Counted from the whole stretch's first letter, positions 9,078-18,739 are shown. The stretch: DNA of 62,065 bases, filler included, from Clostridia bacterium (GCA_030637025.1; 4 parts of 4 records of this genome joined end to end with filler, not necessarily neighbours in it), one strand, 5' to 3'. The notes: generated by a model not told the origin, from the sequence alone. Translations and numbers: made by a program.

Positions 9078-10664
9078 TTAATCAGTCAAAATTACAAATT
9101 CCACACGTCTGTTTTCAGTCCGTCCCACCTTAGTTTTATTAGAACTTACGGGTTTTGTTTCTCCAAAACCCAAACAACTTAACCGCCCTCTGTTAATACC
9201 CTTTTTTACTAAATAATTAAATACGCTTTTCGCTCTCTTTTGGGAAAGGTTTAAATTATTCTCTGCCCTTCCGATTGAATCCGTATGGCCCTCTATCCTT
9301 ACTTTATAAAGGGGACATTTATTTAAAATTTCTACCACCTGATTTAAAGATGGTTTATCCAATATGCTGATTTTTGCATTTCCCGATTTAAAATGAGCTT
9401 TTACCGTAATAATTATTTTCTTTTTCTCTTTTCTTATTTCTAACTTTTTCGTTTTACGAATAGCATCTAAAAGTGCCTGTCGCTGAGAAGCTAATGCCTT
9501 TGCTTTTGTTGCCTCCATTCGGGCTCTTCTTGCTTCCCGTTTTGCCCGCTGAGCATCTTCCTTTGCTCCCTCGGCTAACTCCTGCAATCTTCGTTTTTCT
9601 TCTTCCTCTTCCTCTTTCTTTCGTGCTCTTTCCTCTTCCTTAATTGCCACTGTTTCTATTTCCTGCGGTGATTCTCCAAAACGGATGGTTAAAGATGCAC
9701 GATGTGAGCCACTTGTGTCTTCTATTTCTAACGGCCAGATGAAAGCATAATCAAACTGTAACCCGAATTTTCCCATTGTTTCATTATTAAAACTAAACCC
9801 GGAAGTAACCTCACGATTATTTCCCCCGATTCTAAATCCCCATGTCCTGCGGGCAAACCAACTTTCCCAACCCAGATAAACAATCAACTCTTCATCCCTA
9901 TAACTAACATCTACCGCAGAAACAATATTTTCCACCGCTAAAACATTTAAAAAATTACAATCTCCAAAATAATAAGCCAATCCTAACCTTCCTTCCAAAG
10001 GCACCTTATCTTCCGTCTTCAATCCTACATCCGGTTCGGTAATATTCTTAGCCATCAATCCAATAGACAAACCTTTCTCTTTTTTGCCGTTAGCTTTTAT
10101 TAATACCCCCACATCCCCGGTAAAATTACCTTTAGAATGGCCGTCGATAAAAACAGGGTCTTCCCTTGTCCGGTCATCCGTTGTATAAGAATGATTTAAA
10201 TATTTCAGATTAACCCCTAAAAAAAATGCCGGAATCAACTGGGGAAGAAAATCATTGACCTTCTTTGCATAAGAAAAGGTAAAGGTATTTTCTTCATATA
10301 ATTCCGTAGTAACAAAATTAGCCCAGGTCATTCCAAAACTACCTATTTTATTTAAAGGGAAAACAAAAGCACCATAATTTAAACCTAAATCAACCTTTTC
10401 CTCCCCTGCATACAAGTTCAACCCGGTAAATAAGCGGGCATACATAAAATTTGCTTCACAGCGTTTGATTTGGGCAATCCCGGCAGCATTCCACAAAGGA
10501 GCAGAGGCATCATCGCTTATTGCGGTAAATGCTCCTCCCATCCCTGCCGACCTTGTTCCCCAACCGCTATCTTTAAAAGCCGCTTCAGATAAAGAAACCA
10601 ATAACATATAAAACATAATAACCAAAACAGCTAAATTAACTTTATTAAATATTCTCCTATCCAT
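9078..10664 (-). CDS. PorP/SprF- or PorV-like barrel fused via a charged helical linker to an OmpA-like peptidoglycan-binding domain
   Basis: AAFKDSGWGTRSAGMGGAF-WNAAG; DYAFIWPL-GSHRASL; IEGHTDSIG-NLNLSQKRA-NRRVEF. Start moved to MDRRIF (10664) because the upstream 42 codons run through intergenic repeat sequence. Confidence 0.85.
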   Translation of the reverse strand: MDRRIFNKVNLAVLVIMFYMLLVSLSEAAFKDSGWGTRSAGMGGAFTAISDDASAPLWNAAGIAQIKRCEANFMYARLFTGLNLYAGEEKVDLGLNYGAFVFPLNKIGSFGMTWANFVTTELYEENTFTFSYAKKVNDFLPQLIPAFFLGVNLKYLNHSYTTDDRTREDPVFIDGHSKGNFTGDVGVLIKANGKKEKGLSIGLMAKNITEPDVGLKTEDKVPLEGRLGLAYYFGDCNFLNVLAVENIVSAVDVSYRDEELIVYLGWESWFARRTWGFRIGGNNREVTSGFSFNNETMGKFGLQFDYAFIWPLEIEDTSGSHRASLTIRFGESPQEIETVAIKEEERARKKEEEEEEKRRLQELAEGAKEDAQRAKREARRARMEATKAKALASQRQALLDAIRKTKKLEIRKEKKKIIITVKAHFKSGNAKISILDKPSLNQVVEILNKCPLYKVRIEGHTDSIGRAENNLNLSQKRAKSVFNYLVKKGINRGRLSCLGFGETKPVSSNKTKVGRTENRRVEFVILTD

Positions 10665-10773
10665 CTGATTATTCACTTCCCATTGACTACGAATTTTACT
10701 CCCCCCCCTGACACCTTCAACTGTTCTTAACCGTCTTTTCCAACCGTCTTTATTATTTTGCCTGCCCGCTAGT

Positions 10774-10824
10774 TTTATTGGGCAAGTCATTCCTGCGAAA
10801 GCAGGAATCTATTCTTTTGTCTTT
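10774..10824 (+). repeat. REP-like palindrome GTCATTCCTGCG(A/G)AAGCAGGAATC in a ~50-bp block, second copy at ~18842-18892
   Basis: Both copies lie between a type-B CTD gene and its downstream PorP-like gene. Confidence 0.8.
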
Positions 10825-10922
10825 TTCTTTGTTTTTAACTTCGCTGTTATCTTTTATCCTTTAACCAATCCAACCAATAAAACCAATTCAACCGTCTTTT
10901 AACTGTCTTTTACCCGTCTTTT

Positions 10923-12086
10923 TTACTTCGCTACGACTATTACTCCGCTTACTTTTTTCCCATTGTATTCATATTGATATATATAAACACCACTCTCTAC
11001 TATATCACTATCGTCATTGCGTCCATCCCATTGATAAGGAGCTATCTCTATAGTTCTTACTTTTCTACCTGTAACATCATAAATTTTAATGGAAACATTA
11101 TCCGTATCGGTTAACCCGTCAAAAGAAGCATAATCATTTATGCCATCCTGACTGGCGGGCGTAATAATTCTTTGCCGGGGACAATGAGTAAGCTCATTAA
11201 TTAACGCCGGAAAGACGGCAAATAAAGTATTATGGTCCAAAGAAGTAGTTACTGTATTTAAATCACTATTCACTGTTCCTCCTACTAACCTCCACTCAAA
11301 CCCATCCCACCATAAAATTTTTAATTCCCCTTCGGTAATAGGTGTCCCATCCTCTTTGACTTCACCGCTAAGATCAAAATAAAGTAAAGTTAACTTATAG
11401 GGTAAATTAAACTCAATATTTTCCGGTAAAATTTCATATACTGCTAACGGATTAACACTGCCGGCCACACCAAATCCCGCAGGAACATCAGCCGGGTCTT
11501 TCTGGCTAAAGGTTATCTCTATTTCACTTTCCAACGCACCTGCAGGTATTTCAAGACACACCTCTCCGTCTTCAGGATTTCCATCTACTAAAACAATAGT
11601 GCCCCCCTCAGGACCGATAATCTTAGTAACACTGGGATTTACAGCTATAATCTGCGCCGCACTTTTAGTACTAACACCCCCATCGCTATAAACAACCTCT
11701 ATATAACAGTTTACCCCATCTGTAGTTACTACATCTCCCGGAATATAATCTTTAAATTCATAAGTAGAAAGGGAAGGAGTAAACTCACGGGTAATTGCCC
11801 TATAGCTTGTCTCCGGTTCGGAAACCTTTTTATAATATAAAGATACCTTCTCCATTGTAATTTCCGTCATAATTTCCGCTTCCACATAAATCTTACTTCC
11901 CACTATATTAACTTCCGAAGGAATCTCAAACATTATCATCGCTTCAGGAATCAAGGAAACCAAAGCAACAGAACTTATAGTTTGTAATGTAGCAGCTATT
12001 AGCATAGAACAAGAAAAACACATAATGTTTAATCCCATTGCTAAACACAAAATTATCGATACTTTTTTCCTGCTGCGTTTAAACAT
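10923..12086 (-). CDS. Secreted protein with ZU5-like region and T9SS type-B-like CTD
   Basis: IGPEGGTI-LEIPAGALES-I; RIITPASQDGIND...WDGRND...ESGVYIYQY...VIVVAK. Confidence 0.8.
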   Translation of the reverse strand: MFKRSRKKVSIILCLAMGLNIMCFSCSMLIAATLQTISSVALVSLIPEAMIMFEIPSEVNIVGSKIYVEAEIMTEITMEKVSLYYKKVSEPETSYRAITREFTPSLSTYEFKDYIPGDVVTTDGVNCYIEVVYSDGGVSTKSAAQIIAVNPSVTKIIGPEGGTIVLVDGNPEDGEVCLEIPAGALESEIEITFSQKDPADVPAGFGVAGSVNPLAVYEILPENIEFNLPYKLTLLYFDLSGEVKEDGTPITEGELKILWWDGFEWRLVGGTVNSDLNTVTTSLDHNTLFAVFPALINELTHCPRQRIITPASQDGINDYASFDGLTDTDNVSIKIYDVTGRKVRTIEIAPYQWDGRNDDSDIVESGVYIYQYEYNGKKVSGVIVVAK

Positions 12087-12342
12087 TTCCTTCTCCTTTT
12101 ATTTTACCCGCCAATTTAAACTGCCTTTTAACCGTCTTTTTCTTTTCCCTTTGTGCGCCTATGTACCTTTTTCTTTTAACCAATTTAAACCAATTCAACT
12201 GTCTTTATATCTTTTGTCTTTTCCTTTGCCTTTGTCTGTCATCTGTGAACTATCTTTAACTGTCTTTTATCTTTTATTTTTTACCCAATTGAAACCAATT
12301 TAACCAATCAAACTGTTTTCTAACTGTCTTTGTTAACTTCCT

Positions 12343-13164
12343 TTAATAAATTATAATCTTTCCTTTTCTATTCATTTTAAAAGAGATCATTTTCTCAAGA
12401 ATATCCTCCGGATTACCATAATCAACAAACATACGCATTTTATATTTACCCTTTTTTAAATCCGCTTTTTTCCAGCTCCCATGATAAAATTCCGTTCGTT
12501 TAGGAAAAACCGGACGATTACATCGAAGTCTTATTCTTTTAATCTCTTTACCTTTTTTATCTATAATAACCGCTTCACACTGGGGGCGTAGATGAATATT
12601 TCCTTTATTTTCAATCTCCGCCGCAATCCACAACCCTTCTTCTGCTTTCTTTTTTTCTTTTATTTTAGACTTTTTTATAATTACTTTACTAATATTCGCT
12701 TTAACAATTTCAGTCCCTCTAATTATAACATATAAAGGAACACTAATCACCACATTAATCATACTTTCTTCCGGGCTTTCAGGAGAAAAACTATTCATAG
12801 CCATTAATAAACCCTTAGCTTTTTGCGGAATAGAAATCTTAAATTTTATTTCTTTTTTCTCCCCCGGTTTAAGCTTAAACTCCGAAGGAACAAATTGTAA
12901 CCAATCAGCAATCTTAATTTCTTTGTTTTCATCAGAGAGAAACCAGTATCTTGATTTTATACTAACTTTTGTAGTTTCCTTTTTCTGATTAAGAACAAAG
13001 TAACTCCCTTCTATTTTCTCCCCTGCAGCAATTTTTATCTCTATTTTACGGGGAGTGACACTAACAGTAGGTTTTTTCGCTAAAATTAACCCCACACAGA
13101 TTAAATTCAACCATGCCATCAAAAAAACTAATCTGATTGTCCACTGTTTACAATTTATTTTCAT
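12343..13164 (-). CDS. Exported two-Ig-domain chaperone-like protein (PapD/EcpB/DUF916-like)
   Basis: VSVTPRKIEI..., DWLQFVPSEFKLKPGEKKEIKFKISIP, VVISVPLYV, IENKGNIHLRP; very basic. Confidence 0.6.
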   Translation of the reverse strand: MKINCKQWTIRLVFLMAWLNLICVGLILAKKPTVSVTPRKIEIKIAAGEKIEGSYFVLNQKKETTKVSIKSRYWFLSDENKEIKIADWLQFVPSEFKLKPGEKKEIKFKISIPQKAKGLLMAMNSFSPESPEESMINVVISVPLYVIIRGTEIVKANISKVIIKKSKIKEKKKAEEGLWIAAEIENKGNIHLRPQCEAVIIDKKGKEIKRIRLRCNRPVFPKRTEFYHGSWKKADLKKGKYKMRMFVDYGNPEDILEKMISFKMNRKGKIIIY

Positions 13165-13207
13165 TAAGCTACATTCCCCTTCTTGTAAAATTCCTCTTCT
13201 TTTTCTC

Positions 13208-13243
13208 CCCCCTGGTTTCTTTCTTGATAAAGAAACCAGGGAA
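13208..13243 (-). terminator. Stem-loop 3' of the 235-aa subunit gene
   Basis: CCCTGGTTTCTTT-loop-AAAGAAACCAGGG inverted repeat. Confidence 0.6.
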
Positions 13244-13273
13244 AAAAGAAAAACCTATCTAAGCTTATATTTT

Positions 13274-13981
13274 TTATAAGCTATACAACTCTAATACTAA
13301 CTTACTCGTTCTATACTCTTGCAGCGAAGAATCATGAAACCCGGCTGATAAATAAACAATACTCGGTGAATCACCGCCTGAAGGATTATCCGTCTCTGTC
13401 GGCGAATCATGCCAGTAAATACCTTCATCATCCCATATCCGAACGCCAAAATCATCATCAACCCAAACTGGGTTGGTACGACTATGATCAGACATCCATT
13501 TCCAAAAATGATTGGCATAAGGTTCATCTCCCGGCCAAGGATCAGGCGCCGTAACTGCTTCCACTGCCCCCTTCACGCTAAAGGCTAAAGGAATATAGCT
13601 TGTCGTATCAGTTACCCCTACTAAACCACCGAAATCATCTGATGTACCTGTATACAAGGGATTAGCACCAGTACCCTTATTGTCCGTATAGATCTGAATA
13701 CCCCAATCCGCATAGTTACAATCAAGGCTAACCTCAATATACTGATCAGCTACTTTCCACGAAGCCTGACCGGCAACTACACCACTCCAGCCAACCTGAC
13801 TTGCCGATACATTGTCACTGACATTTTTAATGTCTATACTGAAAGTATAAAATTGGGTCCCGGACAAATCAACGCTTGCGGTTGAAGTCTCCGTCTGCAA
13901 ACTCGCAGCTGTAGCTATTCCCACACTAAACAGTAATAATCCAACCATAAGACTTAATACCATTAAAACACTCTTTTTCAT
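13274..13981 (-). CDS. Secreted beta-rich single-domain protein (WxL/pilin-like), putative major subunit
   Basis: Signal peptide, strong RBS; WGIQIYTDN and terminal YRTSKLVLELYSL; paralogous to the N-domain of 14043..15251. Confidence 0.6.
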   Translation of the reverse strand: MKKSVLMVLSLMVGLLLFSVGIATAASLQTETSTASVDLSGTQFYTFSIDIKNVSDNVSASQVGWSGVVAGQASWKVADQYIEVSLDCNYADWGIQIYTDNKGTGANPLYTGTSDDFGGLVGVTDTTSYIPLAFSVKGAVEAVTAPDPWPGDEPYANHFWKWMSDHSRTNPVWVDDDFGVRIWDDEGIYWHDSPTETDNPSGGDSPSIVYLSAGFHDSSLQEYRTSKLVLELYSL

Positions 13982-14042
13982 TCTTTTTCACCCCCCTTTT
14001 TTTATATATTTTATGCATTAAAAACTTAATTTTTATTATTTT

Positions 14043-15251
14043 TTACTCTTCCCACCGTACGTTATCTATCCAAAAAGTAATTCCACTCCCTCCATCGGCA
14101 AACATGGAAAAAGGTAATTTGATCTTACTAAAATTAATAGGAAGCCCATAAGTTTTACCTACCAGAGTGGAAAGATCTATTGCTACAGAATGCCAGGCAT
14201 CATCCAACGGCACCCCTAAATCAGCATAAACGTATTTTTCTGCAGAATCTAAACGACCCAGGGTATCTGTCCATTCAACACTTACCCCAAAATCATTACT
14301 GGCCTTTACATCAAATTTAAGATAAGCATCTGAGTATTCAGACATATCTGTTTCCACTGAAGGGCCGCCAATCCCATCAAATCCAAACTGAATCCATATA
14401 CCGCCCCAACCACCGGTAATAGTAAATTTTGAACTTGCCGGAGCTTCGGTATAAATTGTATCATCACCAACCATTTCAATTGTACCCCAAAATCCAATAT
14501 ACCCACCATCCGGGTCAGGTGGATTGAGTACATCCGCCTTTAAAGCAGAATATTTATAACTATCACAAAGGATACCATAAACGAGACTATCATCCAAAGA
14601 ATATAGCTCCAGAATTAATTTATTAGTTGTATACTGCTGGGCAGTAGATTGATGAAACCTTCCGGCCAAATAAACAAGATTAGGAGAATCATTCCATGCA
14701 GGATTGTACGGCTCTGTATCGGATTCATGCCAATAAATACCGTTTTCATCCCAAACCCGGACATAACTATTGTCATCTTCCCAAACAGGATTAACACGAC
14801 TATAATCCGACATCCATTTCCAACAATGATTGTTATAAAACTCCTCACCTACCCCTTCCCCCGGTTCAGGATCAGGAGCAATGACAACTTCCGTTGAGCC
14901 TTTCACGCTAAAAGCTAAAGGGATATAGGTTGAAGGATGAATTAGCCCCACTAAACCACCCGGATCATCTGCTGTACCGGTATACAAAGGGTCAGCACCA
15001 GTACCTTTATTATCCGTATACATTTGAACACCCCAATCCAGAAGATTACAATCAATATTAATCTCAATATATTGGTCCGCTACTTTCCAGGTATCAGACC
15101 CGGCAATTATATCTGAATAGGTAATTTGAGTATCGGAAGTGTTATCCTCAACTTTTTTAATCGCGATATCAAAAGACCAATGTGCATATACCGGAAGACT
15201 TAATATTATCATCAATATAAATCCCCAAATAATCATTTTTTTTTGTCTCAT
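14043..15251 (-). CDS. Paralogous subunit domain + C-terminal CBM/galactose-binding-like domain, putative adhesin
   Basis: WKVADQYIE, WGVQMYTDNKGTGA, YTTNKLILELYSL shared with 13274..13981; then GGWGGIWI...DMSEY..LKFDVK...WHSVAIDLS...FWIDNVRW. Confidence 0.65.
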   Translation of the reverse strand: MRQKKMIIWGFILMIILSLPVYAHWSFDIAIKKVEDNTSDTQITYSDIIAGSDTWKVADQYIEINIDCNLLDWGVQMYTDNKGTGADPLYTGTADDPGGLVGLIHPSTYIPLAFSVKGSTEVVIAPDPEPGEGVGEEFYNNHCWKWMSDYSRVNPVWEDDNSYVRVWDENGIYWHESDTEPYNPAWNDSPNLVYLAGRFHQSTAQQYTTNKLILELYSLDDSLVYGILCDSYKYSALKADVLNPPDPDGGYIGFWGTIEMVGDDTIYTEAPASSKFTITGGWGGIWIQFGFDGIGGPSVETDMSEYSDAYLKFDVKASNDFGVSVEWTDTLGRLDSAEKYVYADLGVPLDDAWHSVAIDLSTLVGKTYGLPINFSKIKLPFSMFADGGSGITFWIDNVRWEE

Positions 15252-15289
15252 ATCTGATTTTCCTTAAATTATTTTACTATTTTACTAAT

Positions 15290-15345
15290 AAAAAACGGGC
15301 TACCTTACTTGGCTATAATTATCTTATAGTCAGTTCGGTAGCCCG
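15290..15345 (-). terminator. Intrinsic terminator overlapping the aptamer 3' end (expression platform)
   Basis: CGGGCUACC...GGUAGCCCG followed by a U run. Confidence 0.8.
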
Positions 15346-15504
15346 GCTATCTTGTTTTTTAAAAAAAGACCCGTAACTTTGCCTGCTTACTAAGCAAAAA
15401 CTACTTTTTGTCCCGCATAGTAAGCGATTCATCCATTATCCGCCGCTACTTAACAACGGAAAAATAAATAAATGTCTTCGCCTCACGACGAATCTGCCTT
15501 TTCG
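15336..15504 (-). ncRNA. c-di-GMP-I (GEMM) riboswitch with a 91-nt two-hairpin insertion
   Basis: CG-AAAAG-GCAGA-UUCGUC(GUGA)GGCGAA-GAC [15473-15383] GCAAAGUUACGGGUCU...AGAUAGCCGGGCUACCG. Confidence 0.8.
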
Positions 15505-15551
15505 GATAAAATTTTCAAAGAAATACTTGTTTAAGAGCTTCCTTACTTAAT

Positions 15552-15580
15552 AGTATAGCACAAAACTTCTCTTTTGTCAA
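15552..15580 (-). promoter_or_regulatory. Sigma70-type promoter of riboswitch operon B
   Basis: TTGACA-17 nt-TATACT with extended -10 TG. Confidence 0.75.
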
Positions 15581-15605
15581 TATTGTTTATGTCCCATAAC
15601 CTTAC

Positions 15606-16544
15606 TTATTCATACGCCTGGGCACTAACACAAACAGATATTTTTTGTGGACTGCCAATGGAAGTTGTCTGCGGAGCTTTAAATTCAACCCATAAATATA
15701 CAAATTCTCCTACAGATAAACCTACCCCATCTTCATTCCCGGCAAATTTACCATCCGGAGAAGAGCCACATTCTGCCGGGGTTGTAGATAAAGCATGCTG
15801 ACTATTATTAAAACTCCCTTCTGACGGCCGAGTTGAATTAAACATTACACTAAGAATATACCGGTTATGCTCAATCGGTTCACTTTGCACTGCAGTCCAG
15901 CCGGGAGGATTTTTTAACTTTAATAAACAATTTAATACACCCTCACCAATATTTCTAACCAGAAAAGATTGAGTAGATATTGCATCCCCACCGGCAGAAA
16001 CCTCTCCAAAATCATAGGCACCTTCTATAGATATACCGATTATTTCTGCCCTGGCTATAGCATAAGCACAACTACCTATCCCTGTATAAGGGTCATAATT
16101 AGAAATATATCCCTCATAAGGCGGAGGGCCATCAGCAGCTATTATCTCCTCTGGAACTTCTTCTAAGACAGCATTATCCGTGGCTTTAATGGAAATATAA
16201 TAAAGTTGCCCCGGATTAAATCCGGTAAGCATATATCTTTCTAATTCCCCTTTTGCTTTTGGTGTCCAGGTTTGAGAATATATAGTGGCATTGTTATATG
16301 CTTCTTCTGTATCTATGGGACTACCGGAATATCTCACCTCATAACTTGCCACTCCGGGTTGCCAATCAGATAATTCGTTCGGAACTCTCCAGGTTATTTC
16401 TATTTCTCCTCTGTCCAATCCGGTATAAGCTGCTAAATCATCAAGAGTTAAAAGATATCCCGGGACGGAAGTGGCATAACTATATGCAATTACTCCCAAA
16501 ATAATACTACTTGAGATTATAAATCCCCTCAAAATCTTTTTCAT
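15606..16544 (-). CDS. Secreted FN3-like domain + C-terminal beta-rich domain shared with 20611..21702
   Basis: IEITWRVP-YEVRYS-LTGFNPGQLYYISIKATD; then YDFG...VRNIG...PPGW...LWVEFKAP...QKISVCVSA. Confidence 0.65.
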   Translation of the reverse strand: MKKILRGFIISSSIILGVIAYSYATSVPGYLLTLDDLAAYTGLDRGEIEITWRVPNELSDWQPGVASYEVRYSGSPIDTEEAYNNATIYSQTWTPKAKGELERYMLTGFNPGQLYYISIKATDNAVLEEVPEEIIAADGPPPYEGYISNYDPYTGIGSCAYAIARAEIIGISIEGAYDFGEVSAGGDAISTQSFLVRNIGEGVLNCLLKLKNPPGWTAVQSEPIEHNRYILSVMFNSTRPSEGSFNNSQHALSTTPAECGSSPDGKFAGNEDGVGLSVGEFVYLWVEFKAPQTTSIGSPQKISVCVSAQAYE

Positions 16545-16781
16545 TATTCCCCCTCAACTACTCCAAACAAACTCCGTTGTCTATGGACCGTATTTAACTA
16601 ACCAATTTAAACCAATAAAACCGTCTTTTAACTGTCTTTAAATCCCCCTAACCCCTTTTTTCAAAGGGGGAAAAATTGTCTTTTTCTTTTACTTTGTGCC
16701 TCTGTGCCTTGATGCCTTTGTGCCTGTCTTTTTATTCCTTAACCAATTTAAACCAATATAACCAATAAAACCGTTTTTAAT

Positions 16782-17669
16782 CTATTTCGTCGTTACATAA
16801 ATCTTACAATAAACCTCTTTAGCCACATCCCCTGAAAAAACCTTAATCCGGGCAATAAACATATATTTTTTCTTGCGATATTTTCTTTTTTTAGGAAAAC
16901 TAAGAAACACCTTTATCTTTTTGCTGCTCTTCATTCCGACAATTGCTTTCTTGGCACTAAAAGTCAAAAAGGACGGGTCAGGACAATCTTCATAACCTTT
17001 AGTAAGTTCAACCTGAGAATCCGCTACCCTGATACTTTCGATATTATAGAGACTTCCGATTTCCCCTAAATTTTTTATTTCCATAACCTTACCGGTTTTT
17101 TTCTCTATATCAATTATTGCGCCCACTTTCACTTTTTCAAGGTGTATTTCCTGCGGATTAATTGTAAAATTTAAATTTAGCGGTTTCTTTATTTTCCCTT
17201 TTTTATGAAAAGTAGTAAACAAGAATTTACTCTCTACCCCTACATTAATTACTTCGTTAGTGCTGTAAGACCAGATATTAAACTGATATTTTTTATCCAG
17301 ATATTCATCCCTATCCGGAATAGAAATAACTATATCCATTGCCTGTTTTTTTCCGGGCCCAATAATAGAATTTTCAGGAATAATTTTTATCCAGGAAACG
17401 TTTGGTATCGGTTGGTAACCTTCTTTTAATTTCTTTTTAGCCGGGGATAATACTTCTGCTTTAAGATTTATTGCCCTTTCCCCGGTATTGGTAATAACTA
17501 AAAATAAATTAGCTAAATGCGAGGTATGATGAGTTTGTCCCACCCTTAAATTTTGAATAGTTACTTCTTCAAAAGAAGCAATAATTCCTGTAGCATAAAC
17601 AGGATGGATAAAACAAACTATAGTAAACAAAAAGAAACAACTAATAATGATTAAACCTTTTTTAATCAT
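16782..17669 (-). CDS. Exported protein with two tandem chaperone-like Ig domains
   Basis: Internal repeat GYQPIPNVSWI...SIP...KKYQF / GYEDCPDPSFL...SFP...KKYMF; very basic. Confidence 0.55.
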   Translation of the reverse strand: MIKKGLIIISCFFLFTIVCFIHPVYATGIIASFEEVTIQNLRVGQTHHTSHLANLFLVITNTGERAINLKAEVLSPAKKKLKEGYQPIPNVSWIKIIPENSIIGPGKKQAMDIVISIPDRDEYLDKKYQFNIWSYSTNEVINVGVESKFLFTTFHKKGKIKKPLNLNFTINPQEIHLEKVKVGAIIDIEKKTGKVMEIKNLGEIGSLYNIESIRVADSQVELTKGYEDCPDPSFLTFSAKKAIVGMKSSKKIKVFLSFPKKRKYRKKKYMFIARIKVFSGDVAKEVYCKIYVTTK

Positions 17670-17722
17670 TTATTCCTTCTCTCCTGATGTGAAAACATAT
17701 TTATTAACCTATTATATACAAT

Positions 17723-18739
17723 TTAGAAATGAATTCCTAAAGAAACACGATGTGTCCCGCTGGTTTCTTCTATTTCCAGCGGCCAGATAAGGGCATAATC
17801 AAACTGGACGGCAAAAACTTCACCCATTAAATGATTTAATCCCATACCCAAAGTAAACTCTTGTAAATTATAGCCTATCCGGAAGGCAAAAGCAGATGAA
17901 AACCGCGTTTCCATCCCTAAATGAAAGTTAATATCTTTATCGCGATAAGTAAAATCAAAAGCAGGGATAAATCCTTCTATGTTCAAAAAATTAAATATTC
18001 TACAAGCATTACCTCTATAAGCAATTCCTGCTCTCATTTCTAAAGGAACTTCATCTTTCAATTTATACTCACTATTATCCAGACCTACATCCGGCTGATT
18101 AATATTTTTCAGGGATAAACCAAGAGACACCGGTGAATCTTTTTGGGGTTTAACTAAAACTCCTAAATCAACAGCACATGCACCCGCAGAATCCCCATCT
18201 TCAAATACCGGATCATCTACTGTCCGTTCATCCAGGGTATACCCATGATTTAAATATTTTAAATTCATTCCCAAAAATACAACCGGAACCATTTTAGGAG
18301 CAAAATCATTAATTTTTCTGGCATAGGAAACACTAAGAGTGTCTTCTTTATACAATTTTGTAGAAGCAAACCTTGCCCAGGATAAGCCAAAAGCTCCCAT
18401 TCTTTCCGTCGGACAAATAAAAGAAAAATAATTCAATCCTAAAGTCGTAGTATCTTCTCCGGCATATAATTTTAAACCGCTAAATAATCGAGCATACATA
18501 AAACTTGCTTCGTATTGTTTTACCTGAGCTATTCCTGCCGGATTCCATAAAGGAGCATTAGCATCATCAGCTATTGCCACAAAAGCACCGCCCATTCCGG
18601 CCGGCCGTGTTCCCCAACCGCTATCTTTAAATGCCGCTTCACCCAAAGTAACAAAAAACAAACAATAAACACCTGAAATAATAAATAACCCGATTTTATT
18701 AAATGTTTTTCTATTCATCTTAATTACCATTTTCACCAC
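17723..18739 (-). CDS. PorP/SprF- or PorV-like outer-membrane barrel (exact start uncertain)
   Basis: AAFKDSGWGTRPAGMGGAFVAIADDANAPLWNPAG; terminal GTHRVSLGIHF; close paralogue of the 9078 barrel. Confidence 0.85.
   Translation of the reverse strand: MVKMVIKMNRKTFNKIGLFIISGVYCLFFVTLGEAAFKDSGWGTRPAGMGGAFVAIADDANAPLWNPAGIAQVKQYEASFMYARLFSGLKLYAGEDTTTLGLNYFSFICPTERMGAFGLSWARFASTKLYKEDTLSVSYARKINDFAPKMVPVVFLGMNLKYLNHGYTLDERTVDDPVFEDGDSAGACAVDLGVLVKPQKDSPVSLGLSLKNINQPDVGLDNSEYKLKDEVPLEMRAGIAYRGNACRIFNFLNIEGFIPAFDFTYRDKDINFHLGMETRFSSAFAFRIGYNLQEFTLGMGLNHLMGEVFAVQFDYALIWPLEIEETSGTHRVSLGIHF

Noticed and set aside
10665-10790. N-terminal 42 codons of ORF 9078..10790
   Set aside because: Runs through intergenic repeat sequence; the signal peptide begins at the Met at 10664.
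15383-15473. Riboswitch insert as a self-splicing intron or IS
   Set aside because: Too short, no group I/II core, no terminal repeats or target duplication.
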